A stretch of DNA of 12,745 nucleotides from a virus (Duplodnaviria; Heunggongvirae; Uroviricota; Caudoviricetes), in IMG/VR virus record IMGVR_UViG_2698536428_000008. One strand, written 5' to 3'. Made by a program: the position numbers and the translations under genes. Shown one piece after another: positions 1 to 9,440 of the stretch (position 1 is the stretch's first letter; the number at the start of each line of letters is the position of its first letter). Under the pieces are notes generated by a model. It was not told where the DNA came from. It saw only the letters and a program-made list of their open reading frames with translations, and ran no database searches.

Positions 1-180
1 GGTTTCCCCCTGGCGAATACGGGCGGCGAATACCGCAATACAACCGGACGGGCAACGGCTACGCGCTTCGCGTTCCGTCCAGGCGGTTACGTGGATGATT
101 TGAGATTCTGACGCGCCAAAGATGATAAAGCGCCAGATAAATGCGGTTTGAGAATGTACAAGGGTAGGGATAGTAGCCAT
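1..180 (-). CDS. Hypothetical protein, N-terminal 60 codons only; the gene runs off the left edge of the window
   Basis: ATG at 180-178 preceded by a strong Shine-Dalgarno GAGGAGG (complement of 189-195) with 8-nt spacer; the frame stays open to position 1. Translation begins MATIPTLVHSQTAFIWRFIIFGASESQIIHV. The same frame is also stop-free upstream to ~1071, so the true start is uncertain. Family not recognised. Confidence 0.45.
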   Translation of the reverse strand, partial: MATIPTLVHSQTAFIWRFIIFGASESQIIHVTAWTEREARSRCPSGCIAVFAARIRQGET

Positions 181-625
181 GTTGGCAGCCTCCTCAGTGT
201 GGTTAAGATAACCGCCACGCAAAAGGCTAATTTCGCTGGTGGCGGACTGTACAGGGTTAGCCTTACCGGACACTGAAGAAACCGGCGCGGATTGCTCCGC
301 CCCCGTACAGCCCACCATTGATAAGGTGTGACTATGCGGCACAAAAAAACACGCGGGGCGCGTGCTGTGCGCTTCAGTTGTTTTCAGGAGGCTAATCCCG
401 ACACCCGTTTTATGAGGTGCGCGGGAATCATAGCCATTTTTGCTGGTGGCGATCAACTGGTTTTTTACACCCGCTTTATTCAGGTTGTGTGAGTCCCGCC
501 CTTGCGGGTGTGTGGTATGATTTCTCATAGCTACCTCGATACTTTCGCTATCGTTGGTGGTTAGAAGCCCTGCGAGTGGTAACGACACTTGCGGGGCTTT
601 GCATTTATGCACCTTGATAACCTCA

Positions 626-661
626 AGGTGTGGCCCACTATATTCTTTAGGTGTGGCCCAC
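626..661. promoter_or_regulatory. Two copies of AGGTGTGGCCCAC (each containing the palindrome GTGG-c-CCAC), 23 bp apart, upstream of the small RHH gene; candidate operator
   Basis: Exact 13-bp direct repeat at 626-638 and 649-661, read from the sequence; each has an internal inverted repeat. They sit just upstream of a -10-like TATACT at 692-697. Operator function is inferred, not shown. Confidence 0.3.
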
Positions 662-727
662 GTCAAGAGTTTTATTTGTGCTTTTTCTGTGTATACTGTC
701 CCCCACCAATCCAACAGAGGAATAGAA

Positions 728-907
728 ATGGCAACGGGTACAACAAACGCAAAATCACAAGCTCTAAAGGCTCGTGTACCACACGAAATAGTAAACGACA
801 TGGAATTAGTGAAAGAATCAGGCGAAAGCACATCACAATTCATCATTGCGTCAATGCAAGGCGAGATCAAACGCCGCCAGCGCCGCAAGGCCAAAGAGCA
901 GGAATAG
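728..907 (+). CDS. Small ribbon-helix-helix (Arc/CopG-like) DNA-binding protein, 59 aa
   Basis: ATG at 728 with GAGG about 8 nt upstream; it is the in-frame internal start of track ORF 554..907. The sequence KARVPHEIVNDMELVKESGESTSQFIIASMQGEI fits a beta-strand/helix/helix RHH pattern, and the tail is basic (KRRQRRKAKEQE). The fold call is from pattern recognition only. Confidence 0.55.
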   Translation: MATGTTNAKSQALKARVPHEIVNDMELVKESGESTSQFIIASMQGEIKRRQRRKAKEQE

Positions 908-1024
908 CCCACCAGCAAGCCAGCACACTGAGCACATTGCCCACCAGACAGCAAATCGCTATGATGTTCTGGCTTATGTTTAGTGTTTTCCCACTGGCGG
1001 CCCTCTGTGGTCGCCTTTGTTTTG

Positions 1025-1606
1025 TCACTGAATGCGGTTGCCAAAGTAAAACTCAGGCTGATATTCACGTATCAGCCTTTTTTCTTCTTCCTCCAGCTCA
1101 CGCTTTTTGCGCTTACATGCCTGTAGCTCCCTCCCCTTCTGACTGGCACTTATCTGATATTGCTCTTTACGGCGAGAAAAGTCCTGTAATGCGCCCCACG
1201 GGATACCATAAGCCCCCGTTTTTCTGATTCCTGGTATCACATTCCTGAATACCCAGTTACTGAAACGATGGGCGAACGTGCCAGGAGTAACAGCTTTCCG
1301 ACTTCTGGCGATCAGCTTGTAAAAACCGGATTCAGAAATGAGGCTATGATTTGGGTTTCCTCGAATACCGTAGCTTAAAGCGACGGTTTTCTTTTCATCC
1401 GCATCTAGTGCTTTTATAGCATCGCGTGAGTTACTTATTTCCAGAGCAACACAAACATCTTTTGCAACAAACCACGGATCGCCGTTCAGATACACCACAC
1501 GAACGTTCACACTATCAAAGCGCAGAACGACGAGATCACGAATATCGCAGAATTTTTTCACTGGACGAGCGTACCCCTTGCCCGTCACGGCAATATTTTT
1601 ATTCAT
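1025..1606 (-). CDS. Bro-N domain protein (phage antirepressor-like), 193 aa, with a basic, Glu/Lys-rich C-terminal tail
   Basis: Track ORF; ATG at 1606 with AAGG upstream. N-terminal region FCDIRDLVVLRFDSVNVRVVYLNGDPWFVAKDVCVALEISNSRDAIKALDADEKK matches the Bro-N signature (G-PWF-A-DV, DEK). C-terminus KRKKRELEEEEKRLIRE is charged and helix-prone. Confidence 0.8.
   Translation of the reverse strand: MNKNIAVTGKGYARPVKKFCDIRDLVVLRFDSVNVRVVYLNGDPWFVAKDVCVALEISNSRDAIKALDADEKKTVALSYGIRGNPNHSLISESGFYKLIARSRKAVTPGTFAHRFSNWVFRNVIPGIRKTGAYGIPWGALQDFSRRKEQYQISASQKGRELQACKRKKRELEEEEKRLIREYQPEFYFGNRIQ
1055..1091 (+). terminator. Candidate intrinsic terminator for plus-strand transcripts from the RHH gene, embedded in the 3' end of the convergent Bro-N gene
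   Basis: 9-bp stem AGGCTGATA / TATCAGCCT (1055-1063 / 1070-1078) with a 6-nt loop, followed by TTTTTCTTCTTCC. The minus-strand reading also has a U-rich tail, so it may work in both directions. Confidence 0.4.
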
Positions 1607-1623
1607 CGCGTTTTTACCTTATA

Positions 1624-1650
1624 GACAAAAAACCCCTCGTGATGAGGGGC
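1624..1650 (-). terminator. Candidate rho-independent terminator between the alpA-like gene and the Bro-N gene
   Basis: Stem CCCCTC / GAGGGG (1633-1638 / 1644-1649) with a 5-nt loop; on the minus strand the hairpin is followed by TTTTTTGTC. It lies 13 bp after the alpA-like stop and about 26 bp before the Bro-N start. Confidence 0.5.
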
Positions 1651-1662
1651 ATTATTTACTGG

Positions 1663-1920
1663 TTATTGCTGTTTTGTTTTTCCAGGTTTCCATCCAGGAT
1701 GCCACTCACCACGGATCCATGCCTGAACCTCTGAAAGTCGATACCCTGCAGCACGTTCACCGATCTTGATACGTCGCGGGAATTTACCTGCCTGCTCCAT
1801 TTTCCAGCGTGTTGAGTTTGCCAGCGTGGTAAGTGCTATGCACTCTTTTTCACGAATGAACCGATCAATGTCCTTCATTGTGCGCAAATCGTTTTCATCA
1901 ACAAGAGAATAAATTGTCAT
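1663..1920 (-). CDS. alpA: AlpA/Vis-family phage regulatory protein (excisionase-like, helix-turn-helix), 85 aa
   Basis: Track ORF; ATG at 1920 lies 1 nt after the integrase stop, with GAGGTGG upstream (translational coupling). Motif LTTLANSTRWKMEQAGKFPRRIKIGERAAGYRLSEVQAWI matches the AlpA family pattern. Confidence 0.8.
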   Translation of the reverse strand: MTIYSLVDENDLRTMKDIDRFIREKECIALTTLANSTRWKMEQAGKFPRRIKIGERAAGYRLSEVQAWIRGEWHPGWKPGKTKQQ

Positions 1921-1921
1921 A

Positions 1922-3163
1922 TCACACCACCTCTTTATTAAGCTCGATAACGTTGTTGTTAAATCCTGCTATCGTATTAAGGTAATTAACCCACATATTA
2001 AGCACCTCAAGTTTTTTCTTTATATGCCTGCTTTTATTGTAAACACCAGCAACCCCTTTCACTTTATGACCTAAAAGAAGTTCGACAATATAAGGATCCG
2101 CCCCCATATCATTAAGCGCAGTGGAAAATGTGCGCCTGAAATCATGTATGCACCACAAGCCATTAGTATCATGACCAAGACGCCTGCATATTCTGTTTGC
2201 AGCCCCTGTTATTGTCGCCCTTTGCAAAGCACAACCGACAACATAACCGCGATTTTTTGTTTCTGCGTAAAGATTAACGATCCATTGTTTTATACCGTCA
2301 GGAACAGGCCTTACTATGGCCTCCTTGTTTTTGCTGTGCTCTTTTGGGACTGTCCATACCCAGTTTTTTAAATCCCATTCGTCCCAGGTGGATAGCCTCG
2401 CCTCCTGCTGTCGGCAACCAAATACCAGGCAGATAACCATTATTCTTCGGTTATATATTGATGACAGAGTTAGCAAATTATTACCGTAAGCATAAGACCA
2501 TACATCAGCGGTTTCATTGATATTAAGAACGCGCTCCCTTATACCGGATGAGCGCCCGACATAACTTACGTTAATATCTTCAAAGGGATCGCACGCGATG
2601 TATTGCCTGACGCGACAAAAACGCAACGCCTGTTTGATATCAAGAAAAATTGCACCAGACATAACAGGCGCATTTTTTTTGATCCTGTCAAAGACGGTAA
2701 GCCATGTGTGTAATTTGCACTGTTCTATAGCCATATCACCGATATAGGGGAAGATATGCTTTTCAAATCGTTTTATTAAATATTCATGCTCTTTTCTGGC
2801 TGTTGTGGCGTGATTGTCGTACCAGTAAAACAGCGCATCCCTTACGGTCACTGGTTGCATAGTTTTTTCGGCAGCAAGTTTTATTTGCCTGCGGGGGTCC
2901 AGATTTTCAGCCAGCCATTCACGGCACTGATCACGCATGCGCCTGGCCGTTGCAAGAGACATGTCAGGATAGCGACCAAGTGTAAGCCATACCGGAGGGG
3001 ATTCCCTGCCACCAAGACGATAGTAAAAAACAAAGCTGATCCCCCCAACCATGCTTACACGCACAGACAACCCGCGCCCATCCGCTATTGTTTTTTGTTT
3101 GTCCTGCCGTTTTCCGACAAGACTCTTTAACAGTTTGTCACTGAGTTTGTTTTCAATAGCCAT
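1922..3163 (-). CDS. int: Tyrosine-type site-specific recombinase, P4-like integrase (413 aa)
   Basis: Track ORF; ATG at 3163 with GAGGG upstream. N-terminal arm-binding pattern (LSDKLL...DGRGLSVRVS...GGISFVFYYRLGG...LGRYPDMSLATAR...DP) is typical of P4-family integrases; the C-terminal domain has HDFRRT, LLGH and a late Tyr. Confidence 0.93.
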   Translation of the reverse strand: MAIENKLSDKLLKSLVGKRQDKQKTIADGRGLSVRVSMVGGISFVFYYRLGGRESPPVWLTLGRYPDMSLATARRMRDQCREWLAENLDPRRQIKLAAEKTMQPVTVRDALFYWYDNHATTARKEHEYLIKRFEKHIFPYIGDMAIEQCKLHTWLTVFDRIKKNAPVMSGAIFLDIKQALRFCRVRQYIACDPFEDINVSYVGRSSGIRERVLNINETADVWSYAYGNNLLTLSSIYNRRIMVICLVFGCRQQEARLSTWDEWDLKNWVWTVPKEHSKNKEAIVRPVPDGIKQWIVNLYAETKNRGYVVGCALQRATITGAANRICRRLGHDTNGLWCIHDFRRTFSTALNDMGADPYIVELLLGHKVKGVAGVYNKSRHIKKKLEVLNMWVNYLNTIAGFNNNVIELNKEVV

Positions 3164-3181
3164 TAAAAGCCCTCAAGAGAT

Positions 3182-3235
3182 TTGCAATACACACCCATCC
3201 CGATCGCCAATTTGCAATACACATTGCAATACACA
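3182..3235. repeat. Three direct copies of TTGCAATACACA 20-70 bp upstream of the integrase start; candidate integrase arm-type or regulatory sites
   Basis: Exact 12-mer at 3182-3193, 3212-3223 and 3224-3235 (the last two in tandem), read directly. Function is inferred from position next to int and the element junction. Confidence 0.5.
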
Positions 3236-3311
3236 AAACCGCGAAAAACTGGAATGGTGATGAACGGTCATCAAAAGCATGGAAAACGACATTCCAGACG
3301 CAGCAAGGGTT

Positions 3312-6292
<2,981 letters not shown>

Positions 6293-6318
<26 letters not shown>

Positions 6319-6838
6319 TCAGCAACCCCGGTATCAGTTCATCCAGCGCGGCTGCTTTGTTCATGGCTTTGATGATATCCCGTTTCAGGAAATCAACATG
6401 TCGGTTTTCCAGTTCCGGAAAACGCCGCTGCACCGACAGGGGGATCCCGTCGAGAATACTGGCAATTTCACCTGCGATCCGCGACAGCACGAAAGTACAG
6501 AATGCGGTTTCCACCACTTCAGCGGAGTCTCTGGCATTTTTCAGCTCCTGTGCGTCGGCCTGCGCACGCGTAAGTCGATGGCGTTCGTACTCAATAGTCC
6601 CTAGCTGGAGATCTGTCTCGCTGGCCTGCCGCAGTTCTTCAACTTCCCGGCGCAGCTTTTCGTTCTCAATTTCAGCATCCCTTTCGGCATACCATTTTAT
6701 GACGGCGGCAGAGTCATAAAGCACCTCATTACCCTTGCCACCGCCTCGCAGAACGGGCATTCCCTGTTCCTGCCAGTTCTGAATGGTACGGATACTCGCA
6801 CCGAAAATGTCAGCCAGCTGCTTTTTGTTGACTTCCAT
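6293..6838 (-). CDS. nu1: Terminase small subunit gpNu1 (181 aa)
   Basis: Track ORF; MEVNKKQLADIFGASIRTIQNWQEQGMPVLRGGGKGNEVLYDSAAVIKWYAERDAEIENEKLRREVEELRQ matches lambda Nu1 (N-terminal wHTH, ATP-reactive C-terminus). Lies immediately downstream of cos on the minus strand. Confidence 0.95.
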
Positions 6839-7060
6839 TGTTCATTCCACGGACAAAAACAGAGAAAGGAAACGACAGAGGCCAAAAAGCTCGCTTTCAG
6901 CACCTGTCGTTTCCTTTCTTTTCAGAGGGTATTTTAAATAAAAACATTAAGTTATGACGAAGAAGAACGGAAACGCCTTAAACCGGAAAATTTTCATAAA
7001 TAGCGAAAACCCGCGAGGTCGCCGCCCCGTAACCTGTCGGATCGCCGGAAAGGACCCGCA
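6839..7060 (-). other. cos: cos site: cosN 12-nt cohesive end at 7016-7027, cosB between cosN and Nu1, cosQ-side flank to the right
   Basis: Plus strand 7016-7027 is AGGTCGCCGCCC, the reverse complement of the lambda cohesive end GGGCGGCGACCT. The minus-strand sequence from 7027 down reads GGGCGGCGACCTCGCGGGTTTTCGCTATTTATGAAAATTTTCCGG..., matching the lambda left end and leading into Nu1. Confidence 0.85.
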
Positions 7061-7226
7061 AAATGATAATAATTATCATCTACATGTCACAACGTGCATC
7101 TACGCCATCAAACCACGTCAAATAATCAATTATGACGCAGGTATCGTATTAATTGATCTGCATCAACTTAACGTAAAAACAACTTCAGACAATACAAATC
7201 AGCGACACTGAATACGGGGCAACCTC

Positions 7227-7421
7227 ATGTCAACGAAGAACAGAACCCGCAGAACAACAACCCGCAACATCCGCTTTCCTAACCAAATGATTGAACAAAT
7301 TAACATCGCTCTTGAGCAAAAAGGGTCTGGGAATTTCTCAGCCTGGGTCATTGAAGCCTGCCGTCGGAGACTAACGTCAGAAAAGAGAGCATATACATCA
7401 ATCCAAAGTGATGATGGATGA
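7227..7421 (+). CDS. ylcI: Small prophage protein (64 aa), probably YlcI/DUF3950-like
   Basis: Track ORF MSTKNRTRRTTTRNIRFPNQMIEQINIALEQKGSGNFSAWVIEACRRRLTSEKRAYTSIQSDDG. Size and position (between cos/Nu1 and bor) fit the ylcI slot of DLP12-like prophages; the family assignment is from memory. Weak RBS. Confidence 0.55.
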   Translation: MSTKNRTRRTTTRNIRFPNQMIEQINIALEQKGSGNFSAWVIEACRRRLTSEKRAYTSIQSDDG

Positions 7422-7781
7422 ACATCCCGGTTTCTTCCACCATCGCACCGGAAAAGCGACTATGAGGGTAACCCTGCGTCTGTCAGCACAGTAAAACCCG
7501 GTGTGCATCGTTTTTGATTATTCCCGCACACTCACGCAGAAGGAATTCCCCGTCGGGCTACGGTCATGGTTAATGCGGGAATACGGCGACGATACAGCGC
7601 AGCTAAAAGGGTAATGGACAGATAGAGCGGTTTATTTCATTCCACAGGATTCTGAGTGCCCCCCCTCCTCCAATAGGCTGAGCATCCACCTATATAGTTT
7701 TAATTTTCATCAATCCATTTAACTATCGTTTAATTGTTGTCACATAGGATTCTGCCGTTTTTAACAATGCAGGATAATAAG

Positions 7782-8075
7782 ATGAAAAAAATGTTGTTTT
7801 CTGCCGCTCTGGCAATGCTTATTACAGGATGTGCTCAACAGACGTTTACTGTTGGAAACAAACCGACAGCAGTAACACCAAAGGAAACCATCACCCATCA
7901 TTTCTTCGTTTCGGGAATTGGACAGGAGAAAACTGTTGATGCAGCCAAAATTTGTGGCGGCGCAGAAAATGTTGTTAAAACAGAAACCCAGCAAACATTC
8001 GTAAATGGATTTCTCGGTTTTATTACTTTAGGCATTTATACTCCGCTGGAAGCGCGTGTGTATTGCTCACAATAA
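7782..8075 (+). CDS. bor: Bor outer-membrane lipoprotein (serum-resistance moron), 97 aa
   Basis: ATG at 7782 with AGGAT upstream; internal in-frame start of track ORF 7734..8075. Signal peptide with lipobox LITGC; MKKMLFSAALAMLITGCAQQTFTV...EARVYCSQ matches lambda Bor. Opposite strand to the lysis genes, as in lambda. Confidence 0.95.
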   Translation: MKKMLFSAALAMLITGCAQQTFTVGNKPTAVTPKETITHHFFVSGIGQEKTVDAAKICGGAENVVKTETQQTFVNGFLGFITLGIYTPLEARVYCSQ

Positions 8076-8106
8076 TTGCATGAGTTGCCCATCGATATGG
8101 GCAGCT

Positions 8107-8568
8107 CTATCTGCACTGCTCATTAATATACTTCTGGGTTCCTTCCAGTTGTTTTTGCATAGTGATCAGCCTCTCTCTGAGGGTGAAATAATCCCGTTCA
8201 GCGGTGTCTGCCAGTCGGGGGGAGGCTGCATTATCCACGCCGGAGGCGGTGGTGGCTTCACGCACTGACTGACAGACTGCTTTGATGTGCAACCGACGAC
8301 GACCAGCGGCAACATCATCACGCAGAGCATCATTTTCAGCTTTCGCATCAGCTAACTCCTTCGTGTATTTTGCATCGAGCGCAGCAACATCACGCTGACG
8401 CATCTGCATGTCAGTAATTGCCGCGTTCGCCAGCTTCAGTTCTCTGGCATTTTTGTCGCGCTGGGCTTTGTAGGTAATGGCGTTATCACGGTAATGATTA
8501 ACAGCCCATGACAGGCAGACGATGATGCAGATAACCAGAGCGGAGATAATCGCGGTTACTCTGTTCAT
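8107..8568 (-). CDS. Rz: Rz i-spanin (153 aa)
   Basis: ATG at 8568 overlaps the endolysin stop (ATGA); the track ORF extends 4 codons further from a [63 protein letters not shown]... matches lambda Rz (N-terminal TMD, periplasmic coiled coil). Confidence 0.93.
   Translation of the reverse strand: MNRVTAIISALVICIIVCLSWAVNHYRDNAITYKAQRDKNARELKLANAAITDMQMRQRDVAALDAKYTKELADAKAENDALRDDVAAGRRRLHIKAVCQSVREATTASGVDNAASPRLADTAERDYFTLRERLITMQKQLEGTQKYINEQCR
8166..8348 (-). CDS. Rz1: Rz1 o-spanin lipoprotein (60 aa), fully nested in the +1 frame of Rz
   Basis: Track [63 protein letters not shown]: lipobox VVGC and a proline-rich stretch, embedded in Rz as in lambda. Confidence 0.9.
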   Translation of the reverse strand: MRKLKMMLCVMMLPLVVVGCTSKQSVSQCVKPPPPPAWIMQPPPDWQTPLNGIISPSERG

Positions 8569-9062
8569 TGCTGACCCCACAAACAGATTTCACGCTCAAT
8601 CTCACGACGAGTCATGAGACCTTTCCATTGCTTACCGCCAGCATATGTCCAGCGACGTAGCTGATCACATGCGCCTTTGATATCGCCCTGGTTTATTTTG
8701 CGAAGAAGCGTCGATGTTCTGAAATTGCCAGCACCCACGTTGTAAACGAATGAGTAAAGAGCGCCGCGCATTGTTTCCGGTATATCGACTTTGATGTACG
8801 GGTTAATTTGTCTGGCGACCGTGGCAAGGTCTTTATTCAGGAGGGCTTTGCATTCTGCTTTGGTATACGTTTTACCGAGCATGATGTCTTTTCCTGTATG
8901 CCCGTGACATACAGTCCATACACCAACAATATCTTTGTATGGTATGTAGCTGACACCTTCCAGACCATCGTTACCACTTGGGCCAGTGATTAACACTGAT
9001 GCTATAGCAATTGCTCCGCCACCAATAGCAGCAGCAACGGCTTTTCGTAATGATGGAGGCAT
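8565..9062 (-). CDS. R: SAR endolysin (phage 21 R / DLP12 RrrD-type lysozyme), 165 aa
   Basis: Track ORF. N-terminal Gly/Ala-rich signal-anchor-release segment ([20 protein letters not shown]) followed by a T4-lysozyme-like E-8-D-5-T catalytic spacing ([17 protein letters not shown]). Start ATG overlaps the holin stop (TAATG). Confidence 0.95.
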   Translation of the reverse strand: MPPSLRKAVAAAIGGGAIAIASVLITGPSGNDGLEGVSYIPYKDIVGVWTVCHGHTGKDIMLGKTYTKAECKALLNKDLATVARQINPYIKVDIPETMRGALYSFVYNVGAGNFRTSTLLRKINQGDIKGACDQLRRWTYAGGKQWKGLMTRREIEREICLWGQQ

Positions 9063-9277
9063 TATTCACCTCTCGCAGCCTTGCGCTTATCTTCTTTAAT
9101 CTTGAAATAAAGGTTTGTCAGGTACGTCAGCAGGCCAAATACCAGGCTACCCAGCACACCTATTGCTGCCCACTGTGAGGGCGTGACTTTATCGAGCAGC
9201 TGTAAAAACCAGTAACCGGCACTACCTGCTGAGGTGCCATAGGCGACACCCGTTGTTAACTTATCCATGGATTTCAT
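9062..9277 (-). CDS. S: Class II pinholin (phage 21 S / EssD-type) with dual-start motif, 71 aa
   Basis: ATG at 9277 with GAGGTGGGG upstream; the track ORF 9062..9322 starts further upstream from a [74 protein letters not shown] has two TMDs and the M-K-x-M dual-start pattern. Confidence 0.9.
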
Positions 9278-9395
9278 AACCCCACCTCGCAGACAAAGCG
9301 GGTGTAAATTGAGGGAATACAACGTATCGCAAAAAAGCAGAAACGTAACAGACTCGGAGTCAGTGAATAACTCAGGTATTGGGTTATCAGCTAAT

Positions 9396-9440
9396 ATCGA
9401 GACTCAAAAAATGGAAAAACCCGCTCGACGGCGGGTTTAA
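9396..9440 (-). terminator. Strong intrinsic terminator on the minus strand about 120 bp upstream of the holin gene; candidate tR'-like late-leader terminator
   Basis: 8-bp stem AAACCCGC / GCGGGTTT (9417-9424 / 9431-9438) with a 6-nt loop; on the minus strand it is followed by UUUUUCCAUUUUUUG (complement of ~9398-9416). Read directly; the tR' role is inferred by analogy with lambda. Confidence 0.5.

Noticed and set aside
87-344. 85-aa minus-strand ORF at the left end
   Set aside because: Different frame from the RBS-supported start at 180, and its translation (MCRIVTPYQWWAVRGRSNPRR...) is not protein-like. Probably a chance ORF in a GC-rich stretch.
554-907. Long N-terminal extension of the RHH gene (track start at 554)
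   Set aside because: The first 58 codons are not protein-like and span the operator-like repeats and promoter elements. The ATG at 728 has a better-placed RBS and gives a typical ~60-aa RHH protein.
589-1227. 212-aa plus-strand ORF in the track, including a hydrophobic internal start at 961 (MMFWLMFSVFPLAALCG...)
   Set aside because: Low-complexity translation, no RBS at either candidate start, runs antisense through the well-supported Bro-N gene and through a predicted terminator. It is in the phase that mirrors the open minus frame, so most likely a shadow ORF.
1922-3163. The integrase being the lambdoid prophage's own int
   Set aside because: It lies on the same strand as A-W-B and directly beside a broken portal gene, whereas a lambda-like int is on the opposite strand and separated from B by the whole head/tail region. 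Its N-terminal domain is P4-type, not lambda-type.
3164-3311. Possible tRNA gene or tRNA 3' fragment as attachment site next to the integrase
   Set aside because: I could not find a cloverleaf-compatible sequence or a CCA-ended acceptor stem in this stretch. It contains the TTGCAATACACA repeats instead. A short att core cannot be excluded without the other junction.
6954-7211. 85-aa plus-strand ORF spanning the cos site
   Set aside because: It runs straight across cosN and the packaging signals and has no RBS. In a linear virion genome it would be split between the two ends.
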